Shown here piece by piece: positions 48,701 through 64,000 of a stretch of 64,000 nt of DNA. The first letter of the stretch is position 1; each line of letters opens with the position of its first letter. Source of the DNA: the human T2T-CHM13v2.0 reference genome, Homo sapiens; assembly GCF_009914755.1 (NCBI RefSeq), contig NC_060937.1. The stretch is one strand, 5' to 3'. A model generated the notes under the pieces. That model was not told the origin of the DNA. It made no database searches and saw nothing but the letters and a program-made list of their open reading frames with translations. Both the position numbers and the translations under genes were made by a program.

Positions 48701-50583
48701 CAGTAAACTTGTTCCCCACAAAGTTTGTTTCTAGATTCTCTATTCTGTTCCATTGGTCTATGTGTCTGTTTTTATGCTAGTACCTGCTGTTTTGGTTACT
48801 ATAGCTCTGTAGAATAATTTGAAGTCAGACAATGTGATTCCTCCAATTTTGTTCTTTTTGCTCAGGATAGCTTTGGCTATTCTGGGTCTTCCATGGTTCC
48901 ATATAATTTTAGAATTATTTTTTCTATATCTGTGAAGAAGGTCATTGGTATTTTGATAGGGATTGCATTAAATCTGTAGATTGCTTTGGAGAGTATGGAC
49001 ATTTTAATAATATTGATTCTTCTAGTCCATGAACTGGAATATCTTTCCATTTTTTGGTGTCCTCTATAATTTCTTCCATCAATGTTGTATGGTTTTCATT
49101 GTAGAGATCTTTCATTTCTTTGGTTAATGTAATTATTATATATTTTATTTTATTTTTAGTTATTGTACATGGGATTACTTTCTTGATTTCTTGTGAAGAT
49201 TAGTTGCTGTTGGCATATAGAAATGCTACTGATTTTTGTATGTTGATTTTGTATCCTTCAGTGTTACTGAATTTGTTTATCAATTCTATTAATAATAGCT
49301 TTTTGGTAGAGTCTTTAGGTTTTTCCAAATGTAAGATCATATCATCTGCAATGAGGATAATTTGACTTCTTCCTTCCAATTTGAATGTCCTTTATTTCTT
49401 TCTTTTGTCTGATTGCTCTAGCTAGGACTTTGAGTACTATTTTGAATAAAATTGGTGAAAGTGGGCATTCTTGTCATATACCAGATCTTAAAGGAAAGGC
49501 TTTCAGTTTTTCCCCATTCAGTATGATATTACTTGTGCATCTGTCATACTATATGGCTTTTATTATGTTGAGGTATATTTCTTCTATGCCCAGTTTTTTG
49601 AGGGTTTTAAAATGAAGGCATGTTGAATTTTATCAAATGTTTTTTCCACATCAACTGAAATGATTATATGGCTTTTGTCCTTCATTCTGTTGATATATCA
49701 AATTGATTGATTTGTCTATATTGAACATCCTTGCTTCTCTGGGATAAATCCCACTTGGTCACAATGAGTGATTTTTTAATATGCTGTTGAATTTAGTTTG
49801 TTAGTATTTTGTTGAGGATTTTGGCATCAATGTTCATCAAGGATATTGGCCCGTAGTTTTCCTTATTTGATGTCTTTGGCTTTGATAGCAGAGTAATATT
49901 GGCCTGATATAATGCATTTCGAAGTATTCCCTCCTCCTCTATTTTTTGGAATAGTTTGAGTAGGATTGGTATTAGTTCTTCTTTAAATATCTGGTAAAAC
50001 TCACCAGTGAAGCCATTGGGTCCCCGGCTTTTCTTTACTGAGAGACTTTTTATTATGACTTAGATTTCGGTACCTGTTAGTCTGTTCAGGTTTTGGATTT
50101 CTTCATGGTTCAATCTTGGTAGGTTGTATGTGTCTAGGAATTTATCCATTTTTTCTAGGTCTTCCAATTTATTGGCATTCAGTTACTTATAGAAGCCTCT
50201 AATGATTCTTTGAATTTCTGCAGTTTGGTTGTAATGTCTCCTTTTTCATCTCTGATTTTGTTGGAGTCTTCTTTCTTTTTTTCTTGGTCAGGCTAAAGAA
50301 TTTGTCCATTTTATTTATCTTTTCAAAAAACCAACTTTTCATTTCATTAATCTTTTGTATTTTTTTATTTCAATTTCATTTATTTCTGCTCTGATTTTTT
50401 TCTTCTTCTACTAATTTTGGGTTTCTTTTGCTCTGCTTTTCTAGTTCGCTAAGATGCATGTTTAGGTTGTTTATTTGAAGTTTTTCTACTTTTTTGATGT
50501 AGGCACTTATTGCTATAAACTTCCCTCTTAGTACTTATTTTGCTGTTTCCCATAGGTTTTGGTATATTGTGCTTCAATTTTCA

Positions 50584-50881
<298 letters not shown>

Positions 50882-51123
50882 AAAAAAGAAAGGAAAGAGA
50901 AAGAAGGAAAGAGAGAGAGAGAGAGGGAGGGAGGGAGGAAGGAAGGAAGGAGGAAAGAAGGAAAGAAGGAAAGAAAGAAAGAAAGGGAGGGAAGGAGGAA
51001 GGAAGGAAAGAAAGAAGAAAGAGAGAGAAAGAGAGAAAGAAAGAGAGAGAAAGAGAGAAAGAAGAAAGAAAGAAAGAAAAAAAAGAAAGAAAGAAAGAAA
51101 GAAAAAGAAAGAAAGAAAGAAAA
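50882..51123. repeat. 242-bp pure polypurine (GAAA/GGAA/GA) tract derived from the Alu tail
   Basis: No pyrimidine between 50882 and 51123. Confidence 0.95.
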
Positions 51124-52444
51124 TTTTAAATTGACTCTGTCTCAAAAAAAAAAAAAAACAGAAAACTTTACACAGACTCACTGGTGATTCAGGAACATAT
51201 TGTTTAATTTCCATGTGTTTGTAAAGTTTCCAAAATTCCTCTTCTTACTAGTTTCTAGTTTTATTTCTTTGTGGTCAGAGAAGATAGTTAACATTATTTC
51301 AGTTGTTTTGAACTTTTTAAGACTTGCTTTGGGGCCTAACATATGGTCTATCCTTGAGAATGATCCACGTGCTGAGGAGAAGAATGTGTATTCTGCTGCT
51401 GTTGGATGAAATGTTCTGTAAATATCTATGAGGTCCATTTGGTCTATAGTGCAGATTCATTCTGATGTTTCTGTGTTGATTTTCTGTTTGATGATCTGTC
51501 CAGTGCTGAAAGTGGGGTGTTGAACTCTCCAGCCATTATTGTATTGGGGCCTATCTCTCTCTTCAGCTCTAATAATATTTGCTTTATATATCTGGGTGCT
51601 CCAAGATTGGGTGCATATATATTTAAAATTCCTCTTACTAAACTGACCCCTTTATTATTATATAGTGAGTTTTTTTGTCTCTTCTTATAATTTCTTTCTT
51701 GAAATCTATTTTGTCTGATAGAAGTATAGCGTCTCCTGCTTTTTTTCATTTCTGTTGGCATGGAATATCTTTTTTCCAACCCTTTATTTTCAGTCTATGT
51801 GTGTTTTTATAGGTAAAGTGTGTTTCTTGTAGTGAATAGATCAGTAGGTCTTATTTGTTTGTTTGTTTATTTTTTATCCATTCAGCTACTGTATATCTTT
51901 TGATTGGAGAGTTTAGTCCATTTACATTCAATGTTATTACTGGCAAGTAAGGACTTAGTTCTGCCATTTTGTTATTTGTTTTCTAGTTGTTTTGTGGTCT
52001 TCTTTCTTTCCTTCCTGTCTTCCTTTAGTGAAGGTGATTTTCTCTGATACTATTATTTAGTTTCTTGCTTTTTATTTTTTGTGTATTCATTTCTTTTGGT
52101 TTGAGGTTAACATGAGGCTTGCAAATGCTATCTTATAACTCATTACTTTAAGCTGATAACAACACTTTGAATAAACAGACAAACAAGCAAAAAGAAAGCT
52201 AATAAAAACTCTATGCCTTAACTTTGTTCCCTGGCATTTTAACTTTTTGTTGTTTCTATTTTATATCCTATTCTATTGTTTATGTCTTGAAAAGTTGTTG
52301 TAGTTATTCCTTTTGGTTGGTTCATCATTTAGTCTTTCTACTTAGGATAAGAGTAGTTTACACAACAGATTCAGTGTTATAATGTTCTGTGTTTTCCTGT
52401 GTACTTACTCGTGGGTTTTGTACCTTCAGATGATTACTTATTGC

Positions 52445-54776
52445 AATTCTTTCTTCTCCTTGATCAATTCTGCTATTAAAAGGCTGATGCATTCTTCAGT
52501 ATACCAATTGCATTTTTCAGATGCAGAATTTCTGCTTGATTCTTTTTAGTTATTTCAATCTCTTTGTTAAATCTATCTGGTAGAATTCTGAATTCCTTCT
52601 CTGTGTTATCTTGAATTTCTTTGAGTTTCCTCAAAAAAGCTATTTTGAATTCTCTGTCTGTGAGATCACATATCTCTGTTTCTCCAGAATTGAACCCTAG
52701 TGCCTTGTTTAGTTCATTTGGTGAGGTCATGTTTTCCCGGATTGTCTTGATACTTGGAGATGTTCATCTGTTTCAGGTCACTGAAGTTAGGTATTTATTG
52801 TAGTCCTCATGGGCTGGGCTTGTTTGTATCCTTTTTTGGCAAATTTTTCCAGATATTCAAAAAGACTTGGGTGTTGTGATCTAAACTATATCTGCTTTAG
52901 GGGGCACCTAAGGCTAAAGCACTGTGGTTCTTGCAGACTTGTAGAGGTACCACTTTGATGGTCTTGGACAAGATCCAAGAGAATTCTCTGGATTGCCAGG
53001 CAGAGACTCTTGTTCTCCCTTACTTTCTCCCCAAAAAATGGAATCTCACTCTGTTCTGAGCCATCTGAAGCTGGGGATATTGTGACACAAGCAACCCTGT
53101 GGCCACCAGCACGATGACTGCATTGAGTCAGACCTGAAGACAGCACAGCACTGGGTCTTGCCCAAGGCCTGCTATAACCACTCCCTGGCTACTGCCTATG
53201 TTCACTCAAGATCCTAGGGCTTTACAATCATCAGGTGGCAAATCTAGCCAAGCCTGTGTCCTTCTCTTCAGGGCAGTGATATTACCCATGTGCCAGATAG
53301 GTCCAGAAGTGCTTTCCAGGAGCCAGGGACTAAAGTCAAAAGCCTTAGAAATCTAGATAGTGTTCTGTTACACTGTGGCTGGCATGGCACTGAAACCACA
53401 AGACATAGTCCTTCCCACTCTTCCCTCCTCTTTCCAAAAGCAGAGGAGCCTCATTCATGGCCACCGCCACCACAGGCCCATGGGAAGTACTACCAGACTA
53501 TCACTAATGTTTCCTTAAGGCTCAAGGCTCTTTAGTCAGCTTGTGGTGAATGCTGCCTGCCCTGGGACTCACCCTTCAGGGCTGTGGGCTCCCCTGGGGT
53601 CCAGGGCAGGTCCAGAAATGCCATCCAAGAACCAAGTCCTGGAATCAGGCATCCCAAGAGCCCACTTGGTGTTCTACCCACTGTGGCCAACCTAGTACCT
53701 AAGGGACAAGACAAGGTCCCCTTTACTTTTCCCTCTGCTTTTCTCAAGCAGAAATATTCTTGCCCCATAGCCACCACAGCTGGGAATGTGCTGAATCTGA
53801 CCTGAACTCACCAAGTCTCAGAGTCTCACCCAAGGCCCTTGACATAGCACCTGGGTGTTGCTGCTGGTTATTCAGGGCCTAAGTGCTCTTCAGTTAGCAG
53901 ATGATGAATGCAGTCAGGACTGGGTCCTTCCCTTCAAGGCAGCAAGTTCCCTTCTGGCCCAGGGCATGTCTAGAAATGTCATCTGGGAACTAGGGCCTGG
54001 AAAATAGGCCTTGCAACTGTGACCAGTGCCCTATCCTGCTGTAACTGAGCTGGGATCCAAGATGCAAGACAAAGTCTTCCCCACTCTTCCCTATCCTCTT
54101 CTCATGCAGAAGGAAGGTGTCCCTTTTAGAGCCATGATCTGTGCAGCCTGAGGTTAGGGTAAGGGCGAGGCCAGCACTCTTTTAGCTGCCCCAGCTGGTG
54201 TGTCAGAGGTAACATACTCCCACCCCACAGTCGATTGATTCTGGGCCCAGTTCATCCCTAGGATTCATCTATATGTTGCAATCCTTGTGGCCTAGGATGC
54301 CTTTAAAGGTTATTTAGAGCCCAAGAGCACTTTAGCCCACAGTGGTGAGGTCTGGGAAAATTCAACTTTCCACCACTGGGATCAGGAATTGCCCTCTGGC
54401 TAGAGCTAGTTTAAATGCTCCCTCTATGTGTGGGCAACAGCTGAGTTTGGTTTTCTTTCTGCTCTAACAGGACAGCACTGAGTTCAATGTCTCACAATTG
54501 CTGTACTCTCCTCTCCCCGTGACCAGAGACACTCTCTGAACCGTGCTGCAGCTGCCAGAAGGATGGGAGTGGGATGGTGTCAGGATTCAAGGCTATGTTT
54601 TCTACCTCTTCAGTGCCTCTTTCAGTGATACGAAGTTAAAACCAGGTACTGTGAGTGGTCACCTGATTTTTGGTTCTTATGAAGGTGCTTTTTTGTGTGT
54701 GTAGATAGTTGTTAAATTGGTGGGCTTGCCAGAGGGACCACTGATGAAGTTCTACTCCACCATTTTGCTTGACCTC
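52445..54776 (-). mobile_element. Second L1 5' end (5'UTR and ORF1 N-terminus) embedded in the larger L1
   Basis: Homologous to ~55260-57606; ORF1 remnant 52476-52730 (DREFKIAFLRKLKEIQDNTEKEF); 5' terminus GAGGTCAAGCAAAATGG at 54776. Confidence 0.85.
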
Positions 54777-57700
54777 TCTAGAATACAAGTTTTTTTTTTT
54801 TCCTTCAGCATATTAAATATATCATGTCACTCTATCCTGGCTTGTAATACACAGTCTGATGCTGTGTATTGGAGCTCCTTTGTATGCTATTTGTTTCCTT
54901 TATCTTGCTGCTTTCTTTATCCTTGATCTTTATCCTTTCTTTATCCTTAATCTTTGGGAGTTTGATTATTAAATGCCTTGGGGTACTTCTTTGCATTCAA
55001 CTTGCTTGGTGTTCTATAACCTTTTTGCATATTGTATCCTCTACATTTGGGAGGTTCTCTGTTATTATCCCTTTGAATAAATTTTCTACCCCTATCTGTT
55101 TCTCTACCTCCTCTTTAAGGCCAATAACTCTTAGATTTGCCCTTTTGAGGCTATTTTCTAGATCCTGTAGGCATCCTTTGTTTTTTATTCTTTTTTCTTC
55201 TGTCTCCTCTGACCATGTAATTTCAAATAGCCTGTCTTCAAGCTTACTAATTCTTTGTTCTCATTAATCAATTCTGCTGTTAAGGGACTCTGATGCATTC
55301 TTTAGTATGCCATTTGTACTTTTCACCTCCAGAAATTTTGATTATTTTTAATTATTTCAATCTCTTAACTAAATTTATCTGATAGAATTCTGAATTCCTT
55401 CTCTGTGTTATCTTGGATTTCATCAAGCTTCCTCAAAATAGATATTTTGAATTCTGTCTGGAAGGTCACATCTCTCTCTCTCTCTTGGATTGGTCAGTGG
55501 TGCCTTATTTATTTCATTTGGTGAGCTCATGTTCTCCTGGATCGTTTTCATGCTTTTGGATATTTATCAGTGTCTGAGCATTGAAGAGTTAGGTATTTAT
55601 TTTGGTCTTCACAATCTGGGCTTTTTTTGTACTTGTCCTTCTTGGAAAGGCTTCCCAGGTATTCAAAGAGACTTGGGTGTTGTGATCTAAGGCTTTGGTC
55701 ACTGCAGCTGTATCTGCTTTAGGGTATATCTTCAGCCCAGTTATACCGTGGCTCTTGCAGGCTCATAGAGATACCTCCTTGATTGTCTTGAGTAAGATCT
55801 GGGAGAATTCTCTGGATTACCAGGCAGAGACTCTTTTCTCTTCCCTTATTTTTCTTTAACAAATGGAGTCTCTTTCTCTATGTTGAGCTTCCTGGAACTG
55901 GGGTAGGGGTGGCACAAGCACCCCTGAGGCCAGCATCACTGGGACTGCTCTGGGTCAGATCTGAAGCCAGCATAGCCCTGGGTCTCACCCAAGACCTGCA
56001 GTGACCACTGTCTGGCTGCCACCTATGTTCACTCAAGACCCAAGGGCTCTACAATCCAGCCAGGCTTGTGTCCTTCAGGAAGTTCAGGCAAGTTCCCCCT
56101 GCCCCTGAGGGCATGTCCAGAGATGTCATCCAGGAGCCAGAGCCTGGAGTCGGGAACTTTGAGAATCTACCTGGTTCTCTATTTACTGTGGGCTGAGCTA
56201 GCATCCAAGCCAAAAGACAAAGTTCTCCCCATTCTTCCCTCCCCTTTCCTCAAGCAGAGGAGTCTCTCCCTATGGCCACCACTGCCTCAGGCCTAGGGCA
56301 AATATTACCTGGCTATCACTGATGTTCACGCAAGGACCACTGGCTCTTCAGTCAGCTTTGTTGAATGCTGCCAGTCCTGAGTCTCTCCCTTCAGGGCAGT
56401 GGGCTCCTCTCTGGCCCAGGGCAGGTCTAGAAATGCTGTCCAGGAGCCAAGGCTTAGAATAAGAGATCCCAGGAGCCTGCTTGGTGATCTGTCCCAAGCT
56501 GCAAGCTTGGTGAGCTGGTACCCAAGTTGCAAGACAAAGTCTCCTTTACTGTTTCCTCTCCTTTCTTCAAGCAGAAGGGATGTCTTCTCATAGCCTCCAC
56601 AGCTAGAAATGTGCTGAGTCACTCCTGAAGCCAGTGCAGCTCTGAGTCTCACCCAATGCCTATAGCAAGTACTGCCTGGCTATCACTGCTGATTATTCAG
56701 GGCCCAAGGGCTTTTCAGTTAGCACGTGATAAATCCTTCCAGGACTGGGTCCTTCCTTTCAAGGCAGAGAGGTCCTCCCTGGACCAGGGTGTGCTTAGAA
56801 ATGTTATCAAGCAGCTAGGGCCTGGAATGCGGCCTCAGGACTCTGCCTGGTAGTCTGTCCTACTGTGGCTGAGCCAGTATCCTAGTTGCAAGATAAAATC
56901 CTCTTTATTCTTCCCCTCGTCTCCTCAAGTGGAGAGAAACAGTCTCTCTTGGAGCTGTGAGCCATGCTGCCTGGGGATGGGGGAGGAGTGACTCAAACAC
57001 TCCCTTGACTGCCTCAAGCTGGTGTTTTCCTAGGTTGTATGCACCCCAAGTCCACTGCTTCCCTGCCCAGTACAGTAACAGGACTGGCCTAGGAATTGCA
57101 CTCTTTGTGGCCTAGACTGCCTTTCAAGTTTATTTAGGACACTGGAGCACTTTAGCTCACAGTGTCAGGGCTTGCTGGAACTCAGGGTTCAACTGCTGAG
57201 ATAGACAATTTGCCTCTCCCTAGGGCTAGTCTATATGCTCCTTCCATGGGCCCCAGCTGAGTTCTGCCCCATGTTGCTTTCCACTATGACTGGGCAGCAC
57301 TGAGTTCCAACGCAAAATCCCACAATCACTGCACTCTCCCTCCCCTGCGCAAACAGATTCTCCCTCTGCATTTCCCTGGCTGCTGCTGGGGGATGGTGGG
57401 GGGTGGTGGTGTGGGTAATTCAAGGCTATCTTTCCTACCTTTTTCAGTGCCTCTTTCCTTAATATGTTAAAACCAGATACTCTGATCACTGACTTGATTT
57501 TTGGTTCTTATGAAGGTGCTTTATTGTGAGGACGGTTGTTCAATTTGGTGTTCCTGCAGGGTGGATGATCACTGAGGGCTTCTATTTTTCCATCTTGCTC
57601 CGCCTCTCTCAATTTGTTATAACTTTTTCATGATCACTTTTTTGATCCTGAAAGTCGAATTTAAAAATGTTAACCTATATTTAAATTAAACTCTCAAGTT

Positions 57701-60211
57701 GCTGAAGATAAACTTGCAAGAAATGTGAAGAGAAAATGTAAGAAGTATGAAGAACAGTTGTTTTGACTTTTTTTGGTCCATTTTTGACCCTTTGCTCTCT
57801 CTTCCTTGTTCCTAATTCCTAAAAATATCACCAAGACCTCAGGCTGCTCACATCAAATTTCTCTATGTCTTTTCCCACTTGCTGTGTCCTACTCTCAGCC
57901 TTTGCTTCCTCACACCTGGCCTGCGGAGTGGCCCCTCAAGTAGGGGTGAGAAAAATCAAGAGGCTTAAAAACATAAGATAACTGCCTCCCCAACTCTACC
58001 ATATTCTCTCTCCAGCTGGAGGAAAAAAACTGAAACCAATGGCACATACTGGGTCATATAATTCTGTGTTGGTGTCAGACTCATTAGCCAGGAAACTGTT
58101 TAACTTCACTTTGCTTCAAGGTTTCCATCCACAAAAGCAAAGCTTATTCTTTGCTCCCTACTCATCACCCAGGATTTTGCTGGCAAGATGTATAAACAAA
58201 GGTTTATGGAGCACTTCTGGCAGGAGTGGAGAAGTCTGACTACCTTGTGTGTTCATTGTGAGGAAAGATCATTTGAAACTAGTAAACCAACAACAAACTA
58301 CTGAGAAGGAAAAGATTGAAACAGCCCCTGCCTGGGGAAATGAAAGAAATTGCCTCTAATCTGGCAAAAACTGTATGGTGAGGATCAGCAGATTAAACAT
58401 GCAATAAACAGCGCTGGAAGTCGCAGGAAACAATAGTGATGAGAAGGTAGGTGGAGGGGCATCAGGATTCACCTGCCAACAAGCCCTATCAGGGAGCTGA
58501 GCACACTGTCCAGGAAAGTCAGAAATCCAAAAGATCTTTCCCACATAATCCCTGCTTTGGAGATGTTCCATATCTTGAATAGTATGTTGGATACATGGCT
58601 ATATACTCTTTACAATATAAATCAGATTATTTACACCTAATATACAGTATATGTGAATTCTATCTTAATTTAAACTTTTTTTAATCTGTCTAATCCAATT
58701 TTAATTAATGAGTTTACTGATGTACCCATAAGCAGCTCTATTCCCAATTACCAATATTTATAACAGTCTTTATATTTATATTCAATAAGATCCATACAAC
58801 ATCATCATAGATACAGTCAAATTAAAACTGGCTTTATCCGTCATTCTCTAATAACTGTTATCACTGCATGTTTATAACACATGGATAATTACTCATATGC
58901 CAAATGTCTTTGGAATTACCAAAAATAAAATTAAACTATGTGCGTCAGACTTTTGGTATTAAATATATCTTACTATTTTAAAATTCATTAAAAATTGATA
59001 AAGCATTATGGAAATGTGACAACTCTATTTATCAGGATATTAGTTTTCCTAAAAGGTCCTATATTCTTACTAAGCCTAATAATAGAGTTTATGATATATT
59101 TAGACTTTGGGAAGAAATAGGTAACAACAGTTATTAGTGAATTATTAATCAGCTGTTCAGTTTACAGTTCTAACATAAAAGATAATATTTCTCGACCCAG
59201 ATTCCATGCCTTACTGAGAATAATCAATGTCTGAAAGCAACCTAAAAATGTATTCTTGCTAAAAATCTATCACACTTTTGTAATTCACACATACTTGTGA
59301 AATTCAAGTTCGTGTATTCTCTTCCTAATGGGAACTTCAAATAAAGAAATAACATATTTTAAAATAGGCAGTAAATATAAGCCAATTAATTCACTTGCCA
59401 CCACTTGAATATTCTTGTCAATATCAGCTCAGGCTCAATTTTTAGAGACAGTGAGGTATAATCACCATCCCATCTTCCTCATCATTAGGGTTTGGGTAAT
59501 GTGAGTCTGAGATTTGCATGCAGGAAATTTATTGGGGTCTGCTCTAGGGAACAATCTCTCAGAAGGAGAAATTGAGCCCCTTGTAGTGACGACAAAGATC
59601 CAAGCCCATGGGAAAGGGGGCCAGACTTTGTATTCCCACCTCGACCCATCACTGAATGTAAGCGTCCCTGGCAAAGGGAGCCATCAGCAGCAGAGAAAAC
59701 CCTAGACATAGAGTCACAAGACCAGCCAGGGTCCTGTCCCACTGATCAGCTGTGCAGACTTCACCAAGACACACAGCTCTGAATCTCTTCTTAAACTGGA
59801 AAGGGTAGATATGTTCCTGGAGCAATCAGGGACTCCTTAAGGCATCAGAAAGTGGGGAGGAAGGACAGCTGGGCCAGGGCTAAAGAAGTAACTCTCCTGT
59901 GGATCTGCTTTTCACAGCTGATAGTATCCAATCATCAAATTGAAGGTGTCCCCAGGAGGCTGTGAACTTGGGCACCAATCAGGCCAGTGTCAGTATGCAA
60001 GGAGCTTTTGGGAAGTGGTAGTGCTTGCAGTCAGATGGGTGGTCAGGCAGTAGTTCTGGGTTGTCCATCCAACTGGAATCAGGACTCCACACACTAGAAA
60101 AGGGACAGAGAATTCAGCAAGAGCTGAAAGATGCTAAGGGTCATGCTGACAGGCACTAATATGGAGGGCTCCAGTTCAGCTGGACTAGTAAACTTTCAGC
60201 ATGGCTTATAA

Positions 60212-61000
<789 letters not shown>

Positions 61001-61299
61001 TTCTCAGTTACACAACTGGGCAAACATGGATGTGACAGCATGGGGAAGGGGTTGGCCAGGGCTCCTTTGCAATATCCCAGAGACTTGCCCTCAGAACCAA
61101 TGCCCACCTCTGCCAGGGGCTGGGTCTAAGCCCCTATCTGTGTTGGCTGTTGTACTTAAGATTGTGTAAGGAACAGGGAGGAATCAACCTGTTGGCTGAA
61201 GACTCTCAGAGCCTGCAACCAAGAAGGACCAGGACAGTCATGGACAGTCACATGGGCAGGACTGCTGCTCACAGTGCAATTCCATCATTTGTTTATTTA

Positions 61300-61720
61300 A
61301 GAGGCAGTGCAGTTCATGGAATGAACATAGGATTTGGGGTCAGATACACCTGAATTCAAATCCCTATTCTTTACCCTAGAGCTATGGGGTAGAGGTTAAG
61401 GGCAGAATCTTTGGGGCAAGACTTCTTAGAATTGAATCTCAGCTTCTCCACTTCCTGGCTGTGTAACATTAGACACATTATGTAACCTGTCTGTGCCTCA
61501 GTTTTCTCATCTGTAAAGCAGAGAATAATAATTCCTGCTTCATAGGGCTATTATGAGGGTTAAGGAGTTAATAATTATAAAGTTCTTAGAACTGCATTTG
61601 GCAAATAGTAAGTACTATACTAGATTTACCTAACCATTCTAAGCCTCAATTTTCTCATTAGAAAAAATGGACATATGTAGAACATTTGGTACAATGTCTC
61701 ACATATGGGTCATTCTCAGT
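61300..61720. mobile_element. MIR elements (probably nested)
   Basis: aacctgtctgtgcctcagttttctcatctgtaaa; a second core at ~61630. Confidence 0.75.
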
Positions 61721-61985
61721 AATTATATTATTTCCATTACTGTTACTTCTCTTGTAAGTAGAATATCCTTTCTAGGGTGAACTAAATTGATTAATAGAAA
61801 CCTTCCTGTGGATACTTCTGGTCTCAACTGACAATTTTGGGAGAAAAGAAGCTGTTTCTTCATGGTTCTGGGCCAGTCACACCCCTTCTGGCTTGCCTTT
61901 TTTGTCTAATGTTCTGAGAACCTTCTTCATAGACCCAAACACTCCAGTACATACCCATTTCTCTGGCAGATAAACAAAGGAGAGG

Positions 61986-62430
61986 TGCATTAGTTTCCAA
62001 GGGCTGTCATGAGAAAGTACCACAAATTTGTTGGCTTAAAGGAACAGAAATTTATTCTCTCACAGTTCTGGATCCAAAAATCTGAAATCAAGGTGTCAGC
62101 AGGGCTATGCTCCTCTTAAGGGCTCTAGAGAATTTACTTGCCGCTTCTGGCTTCTGGTGGCTCCAGGCATTCCTTGGCTTTAGGCAGCAGAATGCCAATC
62201 TCTGTTTGTCTTCACTTGGCCCTCTCCCTCTGTCTGTTTCTGTCCCAAATCTCCTGCCTTTTTCTTATTACTTGTCTTTGAATTTAGGGTTCACCCTAAA
62301 TTCTGGATAATCTCAAGATCCTTAACTTAATTACATCTGCAAAGACACGTTTCCAAATAGGTTCACATTTACAGGAACTAAGGGTTAGAATGTGGCCATA
62401 TCTTTGGGGGTCAACTATTGAACTCACTAT
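61986..62430 (-). mobile_element. MLT1 (A-C-like) MaLR solo LTR
   Basis: tgcattagtttccaagggctgtcatgagaaagtaccacaaa...ttaattacatctgcaaagac. Confidence 0.88.
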
Positions 62431-63092
62431 AAGAGGGGTAACTGAGCCCTAATTGGGGCTGAATAGAAAGCACCCATTAACCTTGTTTGGACCTACCTGT
62501 ACTTCCTTTTCCTTTTTTCTTTTCCCTGAACACTTGTTCCAGTTTTGTCTATTTCCCGTAGATGGAATGGTCACAGCCAGAGGAACAAGCAAGAAATCAC
62601 AACCAACAAATCTGCTTATTCCTGGGCTTCAACCTGGCCCACACCTGCAACTGCTTCTTGCTTCAGGGTTTGCTGTGGGCAGTACATAAGCTACTTGACC
62701 CAATACTCATGTGAAAGTTTATTCTGCTTGGCCCTCCCAGTTGCCTTGCAGACATCCAGGAGAGTTGGGTATCACTTGGGACCTGGCAGTGTGGGCTTGC
62801 CCTGCCAGGCTCTTCAACAGGGTTGCCTTGGTCACGTATTAGATTTCATGCATGGGGCCAAACCAGGAGACCTTGGTGAGCTGGAACAAGAAGGGGCAGT
62901 GGATCTGGGTCAGAGCAGGAATTATACTTGTAGTTGGACTGGGCAAATAGGCTCAGAGAAGGAATCTGTGTCAAAAGCTTGGCAGATTGGCAGGAAACCT
63001 GAGGCCTGATGCACAAATTAGAATGGATACTAGCTTTCCATCTACACAGGCCAGTTCTTAGTTCTCGTAAGTCTGACTGGGGAGTTCTGTGA

Positions 63093-63720
<628 letters not shown>

Positions 63721-64000
63721 GAGCAGCCCAGGAAGCTTGTCCAGCTGACCAAGTGGGTGCCTCTTCTTTTTTGTGTTTATCTCATCCATAACCTAGACCT
63801 TCAGTGGAAAGAACAACCTTCATACAATAACTTTTTAAAAAAATAAACATTACAGAGACAGGTATTAAACATATCCGACAAATGAGTCATGCCCATGGAA
63901 ACAACCAACCACAAAAGACTCCATTTGTAAGGAACTGGCTTAGTGGTTACCAACTTAACATCAGGGGCCCACGGCCATTACTACTATTATTCCTACTGTT

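Noticed and set aside
58600-59400. Very AT-rich stretch
   Set aside because: No periodicity, inverted repeats or recognisable element; possibly a decayed transposon, but unsupported

Overview
Primate (very probably human) genomic DNA, rich in interspersed repeats: Alu, L1, L2, MIR, MaLR/ERVL LTRs and hAT DNA transposons. One small spliced gene can be reconstructed on the minus strand from splice signals: non-coding exon 1 ending at 42911, exon 2 at 42697-42369 and exon 3 starting at 25688. It encodes an 85-aa protein with one hydrophobic segment ([11 protein letters not shown]...VPEAG), which I recognise from memory as SMIM2 (C13orf44, 13q14). About 0.9 kb beyond its poly(A) signal lies the only CpG island in the window. 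It has GC boxes, a CCAAT box and a perfect (CGGCT)23 pentanucleotide repeat, the most unusual element here. A ~9-kb old L1 (48.7-57.6 kb) has an odd structure: two complete 5' ends and no 3' end. Most ORFs in the track are chance or repeat-derived. Repeat subfamily names and the gene identity come from recall, not database searches. I do not see a demonstrably new biological system; the best leads are listed as findings.
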